NCBI GenBank assembly: GCA_042577545.1
Contig: JBHPDT010000002.1
Span: 1,574-65,573 of the forward strand
Direction of reading: 5' to 3'
From: Candidatus Omnitrophota bacterium
GTDB lineage: Bacteria; Omnitrophota; Gorgyraeia; JABMRG01
DNA: 64,000 nucleotides
Below, in pieces: positions 36,501 to 43,199 of this stretch (positions are counted from its first letter, which is position 1; every line of letters begins with the position of its first letter). Position numbers and translations under genes: made by a program. The notes under the pieces were generated by a model that had not been told where the DNA came from, did not search any database, and saw only the letters and a list, made by a program, of their open reading frames with translations.

Positions 36501-37501
36501 AACCGTCCCCCTGGGACTAATAACTCTTTAACCAGCTCAAAGACTCTCTCCAGGTTTTCTCGATCTAGATAATGGAGACTTAAACGAGCATAAACTACAT
36601 CAAACTTTTCTTTTTGAGATTGAGCGATCTTTGGAAGAATCTCTAGCATGTCTCCCCAATAAGGAGTAATACCTGAATGTTTCGAAACTATATCTTTTGC
36701 TTTGGTTTTCTTCTCGATTGCTGTAACATTGCACCCTTGACTAGCAAAATATATCTCATCTCCAAAATCTCCTGAACCAAGGCTAAGTATCTTAACATCT
36801 TTTGGATTACCGAGATCACTTATAACTCTGTGAGCCAATTCATTTGGTTGAGCTCCTGCTGATGAAGATTTCGCAACAACTTTCCAAGGATTTAACATAT
36901 CCTCCCACTCATTAGGCGGAACTAATTCGTAACCATCATCAGACACTGGAACGATTTTAGCGACAACATACTTTGGATGAGTTGAACCGGGAAAATAGAC
37001 TTTATCCATATAGAGTTGTACGGGCTTATCTTCTTTGCCTTTAAATACCTTATCCCAGTTTTTAATATCTATATGGCCGCGCCTTAATGCAACCCTTGGT
37101 ATTACTCCTAATCCCCCTAAACCAAGCCTATACTGCTCTTTTATGCGATAGCGTTCATAATCGCTTCTATGCATAAAAACAAAATAATCTATACCATAAA
37201 TACCATCCTGATGTAATTTAACCATTGCAGCTCTAGCTGCCTCAATATATGGAAATACGCCACAATCAACTTCCTCTATTTTGTCCGCATATTCAGGCTT
37301 CGGGTGCTCTCCTCCAGTAAACCCAAATGCAACTGCATCAGGGCCACCACCCTGAGGACCTTGAACTGACTTTGCCATTGCTGGTGGGCGCAGGGTATTA
37401 ACAGTAGGCTTTGGATAGACCCCTGCGGATTGGTTTGCAAGAAGCGAAACCACTAGTATAAGCTTTAGTTTATGCAATAGATATCTCATAATAGTATTCA
37501 T
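27557..37501 (-). CDS. Giant 3314-aa multidomain protein. Domain order, N- to C-terminus:
1. Signal peptide or TM anchor.
2. Unknown N-terminal domain.
3. Class I SAM methyltransferase.
4. NTase-like module 1.
5. Basic linker.
6. Eighteen 31-aa helical repeats.
7. Helical domain.
8. Radical SAM domain.
9. NTase-like module 2.
10. IMPase/CysQ-like phosphatase.
11. NTase-like module 3.
12. NTase-like module 4.
   Basis: Single uninterrupted ORF. MTase motifs ILSLGSGDFGDE and LVPGGRFYFVV. Radical SAM motifs CNLNCRSC (CxxxCxxC) and IFTGDGEPLL. IMPase motifs VLDPIDGSDQF and WFDGARVAASG. Four repeated modules carry VGSSRYLFEEDGWCLLEPDHDFDLLF (a GS...DxD pattern). K-x-SSAG recurs at each domain boundary. 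Confidence 0.8.
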   Translation of the reverse strand: MNTIMRYLLHKLKLILVVSLLANQSAGVYPKPTVNTLRPPAMAKSVQGPQGGGPDAVAFGFTGGEHPKPEYADKIEEVDCGVFPYIEAARAAMVKLHQDGIYGIDYFVFMHRSDYERYRIKEQYRLGLGGLGVIPRVALRRGHIDIKNWDKVFKGKEDKPVQLYMDKVYFPGSTHPKYVVAKIVPVSDDGYELVPPNEWEDMLNPWKVVAKSSSAGAQPNELAHRVISDLGNPKDVKILSLGSGDFGDEIYFASQGCNVTAIEKKTKAKDIVSKHSGITPYWGDMLEILPKIAQSQKEKFDVVYARLSLHYLDRENLERVFELVKELLVPGGRFYFVVKSQKDPHYRRSVDQESIIEDPDTWLLTYVNPQLKELADAGDATVKPDVTRQFFDEVRVRHYTDKAKLQIETCELKSEQLKVAQKTGVTDAQASKILEVSVTKALLSRVDFNSIKVDVGGLLRDGKINIALFEKLLNDIIRLYLGKKFPDKNYDVRVQIVVSSRYLFQENGWCILDPDHDIDLLFMAKGPERSSYKERVLLTIEVVHFVSAICDYLDQSSWGTLLAKDINYTGIGFLLEEDGEGGSRWHYRILRNLILCRYESSDNFKIAKVYIQMLYYFGQRSTYMNYKDRYLQVRNDEAALSRLVADLKGDEEVSELLEKVLSADPGNDFNGLLDIMKTNVPWLLEGLDSPEDGLVGEKASSAGDIGADTILEYRQLLNEEGRARKGGMQSVQRTKTTSSVQLRRMGGPSLRSSGTAEPYPSGTIGAVAIAEIRQLLNSVDGKRVRRKHITPRVEAILLTVKRGEMSLFAEKQAAKIARLKKLPDKLDMLIFLSNVKEKKKAYCFKGSHIALILQSSREQNEIEKIIASLKKFGIKGTHIASILKSSREQDEIEKLIVSLKKLGITEGAHITPILQSSRKQDKIEKLIASLKNQGIREGAHIALILQSSRKQDEIEKLITFLKAQDIREDAHIARILQSSRKQDEIEKLIAYLKNQDIREITHIARILQSSREEDEIEKLIVSLKKLGITEGAHITPILQSSRKQDEIEKLIAYLKNQDIREGAHIALILQSSRKQDEIEKLISSLKDIGIREAAHIAPILHSSRKQNEIEKLIAYLKNQGIREGAIASILQSSRKQDEIEKIIPSLKNQGIREGTHIARILQSSRKQDEIEKLIVSLKKLGIREVAHMVPILQSSRKQDEIEELIVSIRAHGIREGIHIALILQSARKQHEIEKLITTLKDLGVAEGYHIAIILSSSRKQSEIKKLITSLKDLGIREGYHIALILNSSRKQDEIETLIASLDKLGITEGTYIALILQSSRKQGEIEELIASLKIHGIREGAHIAPILNSSRKQDEIEKLIASLKKLGITEGTHIALILHSSRKQNEIEEYSAKLLDLRASHKDFAVSNKDIVRFIINIDAMRQGFDSMLEYKLGLPESKKKLSDNEKDYVRFRMLLRNVPSRVLYSLLDIYITDPKRREELRKQIGLKIEEDKQSLKSILKRLSDNAQADWQDEDYDDLGYLLFSLDEKIRSAVADKLVAAHFKELSNRFPKDDEQSAAMETLMYVGAHFNIYRNQLRDTYPAASFRAYLYTSLRYVKIKLYYKNQPESLNGLRHEIEAFCIPYKDIFGRLPSNHEITVEFIRRGWLQEAIEMVLGINNIISLDAFSARKKETWDEHLVVRKPIDAIGAMPASVFTAELAGKPSSAGLDFSSIEVDVDGVTPAKAKERLKEIMLSSNIEVSSLPRSEAVICLAGYCNLNCRSCLGDSRKLPEDASMIDHSRCPSHDKTENIIRFLNETDIDSLIFTGDGEPLLNDATLDTLCEIIARTKACTVSIWTNCLWALDKKRAEYVLNRIKSAIEGRDRKNRIKSFYITASVDEFHAPNIAGVANLINIFVKNQERLIDLDEINQGLHLQTVLWKNTRKTYEALNAQMCAEQDFFAEFDLKPIDKILEMDPEKWRSQTRQTEHLSLNIDKDRRIEIPVGFLTLVYIGRAQQQISIDERFAVRIYDHSEGDDTVGLSRHPLLPEMLCLKTYIHHDGKVFLKLFNMNMDKANALSEGTICIPFEELERREAINPIIAAFRKRGPNYMRAHLRDIDPELVENFNKYELPEINIVRLIQDDGLYVLLSIRIIKDLYWDRLTDSARQEIESLERAVEEHRAKPSSAGLDFSSIEVDVDKMLRDGKVNIALLEELLSDIARLYLHTEMPDSAADIKVQIVGSSRYLFEENGWCLLEYYYDFDLLFLSKTTEAWFLPECVSAIHDYLNQSGWGASLSRRIDSADVRFVLEQYNEIDLYNHFDFIRNMIQCRYSSSDNDEAIKTHLQMLYYFGERMTYTEYKGRYLRNHHDASELSKLVADLRRNKEAAELLRRVLSADADNDYNGLLDIMKTNAPWLLKGLNLPAEDREAEKASSAGRADSAEPKWLANQPCKNIIWEGLRSGEIVEPELREIKEAVRGKIIEVGKHLRENHAEMIEADEKLDGSPVTKGDLYSQANLLPIFMEHIKRTRLVFEEKIGDPSLALAVGEQNENFSVSAWTTVLDPIDGSDQFKSLGQDVGYGTEWSRIWMIGFALYYKGVPVMTIGYSPEYDIEGAPKIEDMPGSLFEAMLFDEATTLNGMALQVASIDDLKSARIALETVRRKDSRDRGWPWIQPNWREELASYINMDNVGEDMQSTWFDGARVAASGTFSSLKFPHLLVFGGQKAVDAGAHYFIAKAGGICLNHKGEEAFPILPEVLSDPSGLTESFVSGHPSAVYAWLDAYRKSISKPSSAGLDFSSIEVEPKELIKDGKINIALFEKLLSDIAMLYVKKEIPKSGAEVSVKVVGSSRYLFEYDGWCLLEPKHDIEIFFVVKNSKRVDLSQIWVDLSAAIDGYFSQPEWEAYFTPFIEFANIMGDRFSEKDVLVFHLVAIQDFLKCYNNLELDATDKNIIKIVKNYIQLLYYFGTTEQRKKYEDYRKKFFHAWGKPSQMWELAHKMRRDPYIKQLSGRVLNSSLDDSHYDSLLRQMKINAPWLVQGLGLPDEAAAAPKASSAGLDFNSIEVDPEALIKDGKINITLFEKLLSDIVRLYMTEMASTGNFDIRPQIVGSSRYLFEEDGWCLLEPDHDFDLLFIVKTPEKLGQTEETALTQQMIQSMVTIREYLDQSGWGAFLIESIEYAGVRILSEQYSERDILRIHFHTARNIIEHRYDSRHSDKAIKAYLQMLYYFGRHTTYTRYRRRYLQVYDDAKGLSRLVADMRRNREVKELLEKVKNACLDNDFNGLLDTMKTNAPWLVEYLDLPEEGAAVAVTQTVESRLPLAEHAELRKAYQAISAAA
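33345..35010. repeat. In-frame 93-bp (31-codon) tandem repeat array of about 18 units inside the giant ORF
   Basis: Protein units read HIA.ILQSSRKQDEIEKLI.SLK..GIREGA. The DNA periodicity is visible directly. Confidence 0.8.
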
Positions 37502-37564
37502 AATAGGATAATATGGCGATTATTGCCAGGGAGGAATTACTTAAACCTTTTTAAATGCTGTTAT

Positions 37565-37593
37565 ATTATACTAAATCTTATAGGTAGTGTCAA
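37565..37593 (-). promoter_or_regulatory. Perfect consensus sigma-70 promoter TTGACA-17-TATAAT driving the giant ORF
   Basis: Minus-strand -35 at 37593..37588 and -10 at 37570..37565. The ORF start at 37501 is about 57 nt downstream of the predicted TSS. Confidence 0.55.
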
Positions 37594-37610
37594 GATATAA
37601 TTGGGGAAAA

Positions 37611-37664
37611 ACAGGGATCAGGGGTCAGGGGTCAGGAAATTTACGTTAACCTCACCACGTCATC
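37611..37664. repeat. Direct repeat DR-right: (CAGGGGT)n followed by AAATTTACGTTAACCTCACCACGTCAT
   Basis: Matches DR-left. It sits at the same position, immediately upstream of the -35 hexamer, as DR-left does relative to the promoter at 27291..27318. Confidence 0.7.
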
Positions 37665-37701
37665 TATGAAAAAGCATGTCAAGAATAAACACTTCTCCCA
37701 T

Positions 37702-37725
37702 ATGCAAAATGTGAGTATTTTGCAT
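37702..37725. promoter_or_regulatory. Perfect 9-bp inverted repeat ATGCAAAAT-N6-ATTTTGCAT (operator-like) upstream of the giant ORF promoter, in the IS-proximal region
   Basis: Read directly from the sequence. Confidence 0.35.
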
Positions 37726-37991
37726 GCTTCCTCCCTATATAAGTTATCACCAACGAGCTTAACAGCTCTTTGCTCACCACTTCTATCTTCTAAAGATTAC
37801 TATATTGTGAAATATTGACAAACGGTCAATTTTCAGTCATCTATTCGTGCTCTCAAGGAGCATAGTAATTTCTGATTTAAACGAGGGCGTGTCAACCATT
37901 GCGTTGGACCTTTAAAAGGTCAATGACGTTTGGACCTCATCCCTCTTCTCGAGAAAACAGAAAAATGTGATGATCTTCATTTTGCGCTGTT

Positions 37992-39044
37992 TTACTCGAT
38001 TATACCGTTTGCTACCATCTCTGGTTTAAATTTCACATTATTCTTCCATAAGATCAAGCTTATTGCCGCGATCTTACGGCTAACCGCGTTTCTGGCGTTT
38101 TTATGGCCAGTACCACTCATTCTTAAATGATCATAGTATTGCCTGAATACATTATCACCCTTAAGAGCTGACTGCGCGGCCATCTTATATACGCATTTTA
38201 GTGTTCTGTTACCCCATATTTTCTTATCACCATAATTTCTGTCTCCGCTAGTCTGTCTATGCCTGACTAATCCGCAATAACTGAAGTATTTATGTTTATT
38301 TTGAAACCTCCCTGGATCGATTACTTGTGCCACTATCTTTGATGCCTGGATATCCTTTATCCCTGGCAATGTCATTAAAAGCCTGATTTCCTTGAACTTC
38401 TTGCCGTACTTTTTTATTTCAGGGATATATTCTTGCCTGCATTTTTCCATCTCTTTAAGTAGATGGTGCATATGCTTTCCAATGAATTGAAAATCTTCCC
38501 GACCCAATCCTCCCAATAAGCTTTCATCGTTATACACTTTTTGCCCTAGAGCTCTTTTACCTTCCTTACGAAACAATGACTTATATCTGTTTTTCATTCT
38601 GCTGGAATCTTCTACGAGATCTTGATAACCACTCATAAGATCCCTAAACTTCTCACGCTTGGATCCATCGTGATATACAGGTGTTAGAAAATTACCCCTT
38701 AATAAGTTTGCCAATTGCCTGGCATCAAGCTTATCGGTCTTGGCTTTTTTATAACTTTTGTTCTCTACAGGGTTACAAACTAACAATTCACAATCCTCTT
38801 TTTTAAACATCTCATACAACCAACTGCTTAACTCACATTCCTCGAAGGTTAATTTCTTATTACCGGATATGTTGCGCACATATTCTCTTAATAACCTCCC
38901 ATTGGTTGCGATCTTTACATTATCATAGACTTTTCCGTGTTCATCCATCACACAAAAAGAACATGTTGACGAATGGGCATCTAATCCTATATACTTATTC
39001 ATGGAACCTCCTTTCAAGGTTAATGGTACGTTTGTGTTTATCAC
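37992..39044 (-). CDS. IS110-family transposase
   Basis: N-terminal YIGLDAHSSTC... DEDD-type domain. The C-terminal LMTLPGIKDIQASKIVAQVIDPGRFQNKHKYFSYCGLVRHRQTSGDRNYGDKKIWGNRTLKCVYKMAAQSALK matches the IS116/IS110/IS902 C-terminal domain. Confidence 0.7.
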   Translation of the reverse strand: MINTNVPLTLKGGSMNKYIGLDAHSSTCSFCVMDEHGKVYDNVKIATNGRLLREYVRNISGNKKLTFEECELSSWLYEMFKKEDCELLVCNPVENKSYKKAKTDKLDARQLANLLRGNFLTPVYHDGSKREKFRDLMSGYQDLVEDSSRMKNRYKSLFRKEGKRALGQKVYNDESLLGGLGREDFQFIGKHMHHLLKEMEKCRQEYIPEIKKYGKKFKEIRLLMTLPGIKDIQASKIVAQVIDPGRFQNKHKYFSYCGLVRHRQTSGDRNYGDKKIWGNRTLKCVYKMAAQSALKGDNVFRQYYDHLRMSGTGHKNARNAVSRKIAAISLILWKNNVKFKPEMVANGIIE

Positions 39045-39237
39045 AACAATTATACCATTTGATCCTCGAGATCACAAAAGGTCTTAGCCATAAAGGCTAC
39101 TCTTATGACCTCCTCGGAAGGGAGGTTCTTTTTCATGTTACCATTGCGAAGAGGCCATTGAAACCATGTTTGCCGACGAAGCAATCTCAAAGACAGAGAT
39201 TGCCACGCTCGCCTTCGGCTCGCTCGCAATGGTAACA

Positions 39238-39452
39238 TGCAAGATTCAGTGGCAGCTTTTGGCTAAGAATTTTTTTTGAAGTGCGAGGCACCTCAGGGAT
39301 TTTTCAATGCCACTAAAGGAAGGCGAAATGTTTCAGTGGCAGTTTTTGGATAAGAATTCTTCTGAAAAGTGAGGTTCGGTGGCAGTTTTTGGACAAGAAT
39401 TTTTTTGAAATGCGAGGCACCTCAGAGATTTTTCCAGCACTAAGGCAAAGCG
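39238..39452. repeat. Tandem repeat of ~85-bp units (about 2.5 copies), unit TCAGTGGCAGTTTTTGG.TAAGAATT...GAGGCACCTCAG.GATTTTTC...GCGAAATG
   Basis: Read directly. Located between the rpoD 3' end and the IS110 transposase. Confidence 0.65.
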
Positions 39453-39654
39453 AAATATGTAATCTGAACAGGGCTTTTTTGTTGTGAGCGGGCATGGTTT
39501 CCCAAACCAAAGGTTTGGGAAGAGCGAGCAACAAAAACAGAGCCAAAAAACCTCGCTGGGGTTTTTTGAGCGTCCCTGTGAAGATTACACATTGAGCTTA
39601 TAAGTACGAAAGGACGGCGAAAAATTCCAGTGCCGAGCATTCAAAAAAATTCGC

Positions 39655-41421
39655 TCAGAAGATTTCCCGTTCCTCGCTATAAGCGAGGTCAAGGAAATTG
39701 CGGAGCTTTCTGCTGCGAATGGGGTGGCGCAACTTACGTAAGGCCTTTGCTTCTATCTGGCGAACTCTCTCTCTTGTAACATGAAATATAGTGCCTACCT
39801 CTTCAAGGGTGCGAGGATATCCATCGCCAATACCGAATCGAAGCCTTAAGACCTGTTTCTCGCGATCTGTCAAGGTATCGAGAACCGTCTCCATCTGCTC
39901 CTTAAGCATGGTGTATGCTGTAGCGCTTGCAGGTGACATAGCTCTCTTGTCTTCAATAAAATCACCAAAATGGGTATCGCCCTCATCCCCTACAGGTGTC
40001 TGCAAAGAGATAGGCTCCTGCGCGATCTTTAGAATGCCGCGCACCTTCTCAACCGACATCTGCATGTGGCGGCCTATCTCCTCAGGAGTGGGTTCTCTGC
40101 CCGACTCTTGAACCAGCGACCTTGATACCCTTACAAGACGATTTATAGTCTCTGTCATATGAACAGGTATTCTTATAGTACGGGCCTGATCAGCTATTGA
40201 ACGTGTAATAGCCTGTCTTATCCACCATGTCGCGTATGTTGAGAACTTATACCCCCTCTTATACTCAAACTTATCAACCGCCTTCATCAAACCTATATTA
40301 CCCTCTTGTATAAGATCGAGGAACGACAGGCCTCTATTCGTATATTTCTTCGCAATTGAGACAACGAGCCTTAAATTAGCCTCAACTAAAACCTTCTTTG
40401 TTTTTTGAAACTCTGCCTCTTTTCTCCTAATTATAAAGATGCGCTGTTTTATGCCATCATAATATGGCTCTCCGAATTCACGCTCAATCTTGCGCATCTT
40501 CTTTTTAAGTTCTTTGATCTTCTTGTATTTTCTAGCCTTCTTAAGCCTATTGATCTCGCGTATAATCCTCTCTATCTGCTCCGCATGCATCTTAATCCTA
40601 TAACCCATCTCCTCAGCATACGTAGTAACAAAACTGAACTTAAAGAGCAGTTCTTTTACAGTCTCTTTCTTTTTAGCCCTCTTAAGTTTGGTGAGGAGCT
40701 TTGATATTCTGGTAATAGGCTTTATTCGCGCTGGCCTACTGATATCCTCCTTGATGTAATCTTCTGGGTTTACTTCCTCGCTCATTATCTTCTCGCCCAA
40801 TTCGAGAACATACTCCTTCGCTAGATCGCACTCAAATATTATATCCCTAAAACCTATCTCAGCTGCTTCAATCCGTTTAGCAAGATCTATCTCCTCTTCC
40901 CTGGTAAGAAGAGGTATCTGGCCCATCTGCCGAAGATACATCCTTACAGGATCATCTACAGAGCTTGATTCACCTGGAGCAATAGGAAGTGTCTGTGTCG
41001 ATGCCTTAGATGCCTTCTCCCTGGCGCGCGCCGCATCAGCATCGAGCAGTTCAATATTCTTCTCATCCAGGGTATTAAGAATCTTGTCTATCTCATCGGA
41101 AGATGTTATATCTTCAGGAAGTATATCATTAACCTGATCATAGGTAAGATAGCCCTTCTCCTTACCAAGAACGATCAACTCTTGTATCTTAGACTTCATC
41201 GAGACTTTCTTGGTAGTGTCTTTCTTTGACTTTTTTTCAGCGGTCTTCTTTTTAGCGCTTTTGGCGACACTCTTTTTCTTCTTCTTTGAAACCTTTTTAA
41301 GCGCGGGCTTCTTCTTAATATTCTTGGGTACCTTTTTCACGGCCTTCTTCTTAGATACCTTCTTTAAAGACTTTTTTCTTGCTACCTTCTTTTTTTTCTT
41401 ATTCTTAATTTTCTTGGCCAT
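39655..41421 (-). CDS. rpoD: Primary sigma factor sigma-70 with an N-terminal lysine-rich extension
   Basis: Regions 1.2 to 4 conserved (the YLRQMG...[35 protein letters not shown] region and a C-terminal 4.2 HTH). The first ~75 aa are Lys-rich. Confidence 0.9.
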   Translation of the reverse strand: MAKKIKNKKKKKVARKKSLKKVSKKKAVKKVPKNIKKKPALKKVSKKKKKSVAKSAKKKTAEKKSKKDTTKKVSMKSKIQELIVLGKEKGYLTYDQVNDILPEDITSSDEIDKILNTLDEKNIELLDADAARAREKASKASTQTLPIAPGESSSVDDPVRMYLRQMGQIPLLTREEEIDLAKRIEAAEIGFRDIIFECDLAKEYVLELGEKIMSEEVNPEDYIKEDISRPARIKPITRISKLLTKLKRAKKKETVKELLFKFSFVTTYAEEMGYRIKMHAEQIERIIREINRLKKARKYKKIKELKKKMRKIEREFGEPYYDGIKQRIFIIRRKEAEFQKTKKVLVEANLRLVVSIAKKYTNRGLSFLDLIQEGNIGLMKAVDKFEYKRGYKFSTYATWWIRQAITRSIADQARTIRIPVHMTETINRLVRVSRSLVQESGREPTPEEIGRHMQMSVEKVRGILKIAQEPISLQTPVGDEGDTHFGDFIEDKRAMSPASATAYTMLKEQMETVLDTLTDREKQVLRLRFGIGDGYPRTLEEVGTIFHVTRERVRQIEAKALRKLRHPIRSRKLRNFLDLAYSEEREIF

Positions 41422-43193
41422 TAAAATTTTACACTCCTCAATGAGTCCTTTTGTCTGATCAGATCCATAAGCAAGGCATCGTCACCCTTTTGCTCAGCCT
41501 TCTTCATGAGATCGGTCAGCTTCACTTTTACCAATTTTAGATTATCCCTCTTAATCTTAGCTATACAATCGATTAAACTTTTCTCTCTATCTATGATATT
41601 TTCTGTCTCTGTTAAGGCCTCACACATTATATGAATCAGATCATCATCGTTAAGACTATGCATCATCTTAGCGGCGCTTGGAACAGAACCCTCATCAATT
41701 ATCTGGAATACCCTGGTAACAATATTTCTTATATCTTCACTCTGAAAATCTTCTATCTTAAGGCTTTTCTTTACATCCTCCGCTATCTGCGGGTCTTCTA
41801 TCATCAATCCCGCGACTATCTTCTCAGCAGGCCGTATAGCCTTCTTTTCCTTAAATACGTTCTGATCGCGGCCGGAGGCCACTCCTGCATAAGAATAATC
41901 TATCTTTACCTTGGCCAGCTCTTCTAGGAGCGCTTCCTCCTTCGTAGACAATACCTCAGCTAGCTTTCTTAGATAATCCTGTTTTAATACCGCATTCTCA
42001 ACCCTCTTTATAGTCGGCAGCATCTCAGCAGTAATCTTGGCCTTATCCTCCGCGCGCGCTGGATCGAACTTATTTAGAAGGAGTTTTAACTTGTAGTCAA
42101 AGAGATTGTCAGCGCCCTCAACCAGAGTAAGGAACTTCTCGCCTGAGCTCTTGCGAACATATGTATCAGGATCATCACCCTTAGGGAGTGTCGCAATCTT
42201 CACATAAAGATTCTCTGATAAGAGCATATCTAAACCACGCAATGAAGCGGCCTCTCCTGCCTCGTCCGAATCAAATATTATAATAACATTATTAGTAAAA
42301 CGTTTAATCAGTCGTATCTGCTCTACAGTCAACGCCGTACCCAGAGTAGCAACTATATTTCTTATACCGTTCTGATAAGGAATTATCAGATCCAGATATC
42401 CTTCCACAACTATAACATAATCTTTATTCTTTATCTCATCCAAAGCAAAATTTAATCCATAAAGATGCCTGCCCTTAACATAAGCCTGCGTTTCAGGTGA
42501 ATTCATATATTTAGGAAGTGAGCTATCTGTAACCCTGCCGCCAAAGGCAACTACCTTTGATCTGACATCAAATATAGGAAATATAATCCGATTTCTGAAT
42601 CTATCATAAAAGCTATCTTCTCGACCAGGTATTATGAGCCCGGCCTTCTCCAGCGCGGAATTTGAAACCCCTTTTTGTTTGGCATAATTTAGAAGCGCAT
42701 CCCATGAATCTTGAGCAAAGCCCAGCCTAAATTTAGCAACAGTATCAGCGATAAGCGAGCGATCCGCCATATACTTTCTTGCCTCTTTAGCTCTTGATGA
42801 ACCAATAAGTACGGCATTATAATAATTGGCCGCAAATTCATTTACGCGATACAGCGCGCTTGTAAATGAAGACTTGCCACCGGACGAACCCCCTTTAAAT
42901 TTAGGCATACTTACATTGGCCTTATCAGCCAATGTCCTTAGGGCTTCGATAAACTCCACCTTCTCATGTTTCATAACAAAAGAGATCAGATCGCCACCCT
43001 CGCCACACCCGAAGCAATGAAATATCTGTTTACCAGGGCTGACTACAAACGATGGGGTCTTCTCAAAGTGGAATGGGCAGCATGCCTTAAAATTTTGCCC
43101 AGCACGCTTAAGCGGAATATAGCCTCCTACAATATCCACTATATTCAATTTCGATTGTATCTCTTCTATTGTTCTTTCTAGGTCTGTTGCCAA
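41421..43193 (-). CDS. dnaG: DNA primase
   Basis: CHC2 zinc finger ([12 protein letters not shown]...HCFGCGEGG) and a Toprim domain. Lies upstream of rpoD, as in the canonical macromolecular-synthesis operon. Confidence 0.9.
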   Translation of the reverse strand: MATDLERTIEEIQSKLNIVDIVGGYIPLKRAGQNFKACCPFHFEKTPSFVVSPGKQIFHCFGCGEGGDLISFVMKHEKVEFIEALRTLADKANVSMPKFKGGSSGGKSSFTSALYRVNEFAANYYNAVLIGSSRAKEARKYMADRSLIADTVAKFRLGFAQDSWDALLNYAKQKGVSNSALEKAGLIIPGREDSFYDRFRNRIIFPIFDVRSKVVAFGGRVTDSSLPKYMNSPETQAYVKGRHLYGLNFALDEIKNKDYVIVVEGYLDLIIPYQNGIRNIVATLGTALTVEQIRLIKRFTNNVIIIFDSDEAGEAASLRGLDMLLSENLYVKIATLPKGDDPDTYVRKSSGEKFLTLVEGADNLFDYKLKLLLNKFDPARAEDKAKITAEMLPTIKRVENAVLKQDYLRKLAEVLSTKEEALLEELAKVKIDYSYAGVASGRDQNVFKEKKAIRPAEKIVAGLMIEDPQIAEDVKKSLKIEDFQSEDIRNIVTRVFQIIDEGSVPSAAKMMHSLNDDDLIHIMCEALTETENIIDREKSLIDCIAKIKRDNLKLVKVKLTDLMKKAEQKGDDALLMDLIRQKDSLRSVKF

Positions 43194-43199
43194 GGTATA

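Larger units (their letters stand above)
37670..39235 (-). mobile_element. IS110-family insertion sequence (boundaries approximate)
   Basis: Contains the IS110-type transposase gene 37992..39044 plus sub-terminal palindromes (TTGACAAACGGTCAA at ~37815, ACCTTTAAAAGGT at ~37905). No terminal inverted repeats were found, as expected for this family. Confidence 0.4.

Noticed and set aside
39238-39380. Sigma-54 (-24/-12) promoter in the TGGCAG-N-TTGG motif of the 85-bp repeats, and a general search for TGGCAC-N5-TTGCW upstream of glnA, amtB and gltB
   Set aside because: The spacing between the GG and GC dinucleotides is off by one and the GC is absent in two of three units. No convincing sigma-54 site was found by eye anywhere upstream of the nitrogen genes. 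I cannot exclude one without a matrix scan.
39313-39640. ORFs 39313..39546 and 39440..39640 downstream of rpoD
   Set aside because: They fall in the 85-bp tandem repeat and hairpin region, with no coding signal. They are probably noncoding IS-flanking or 3' UTR sequence.
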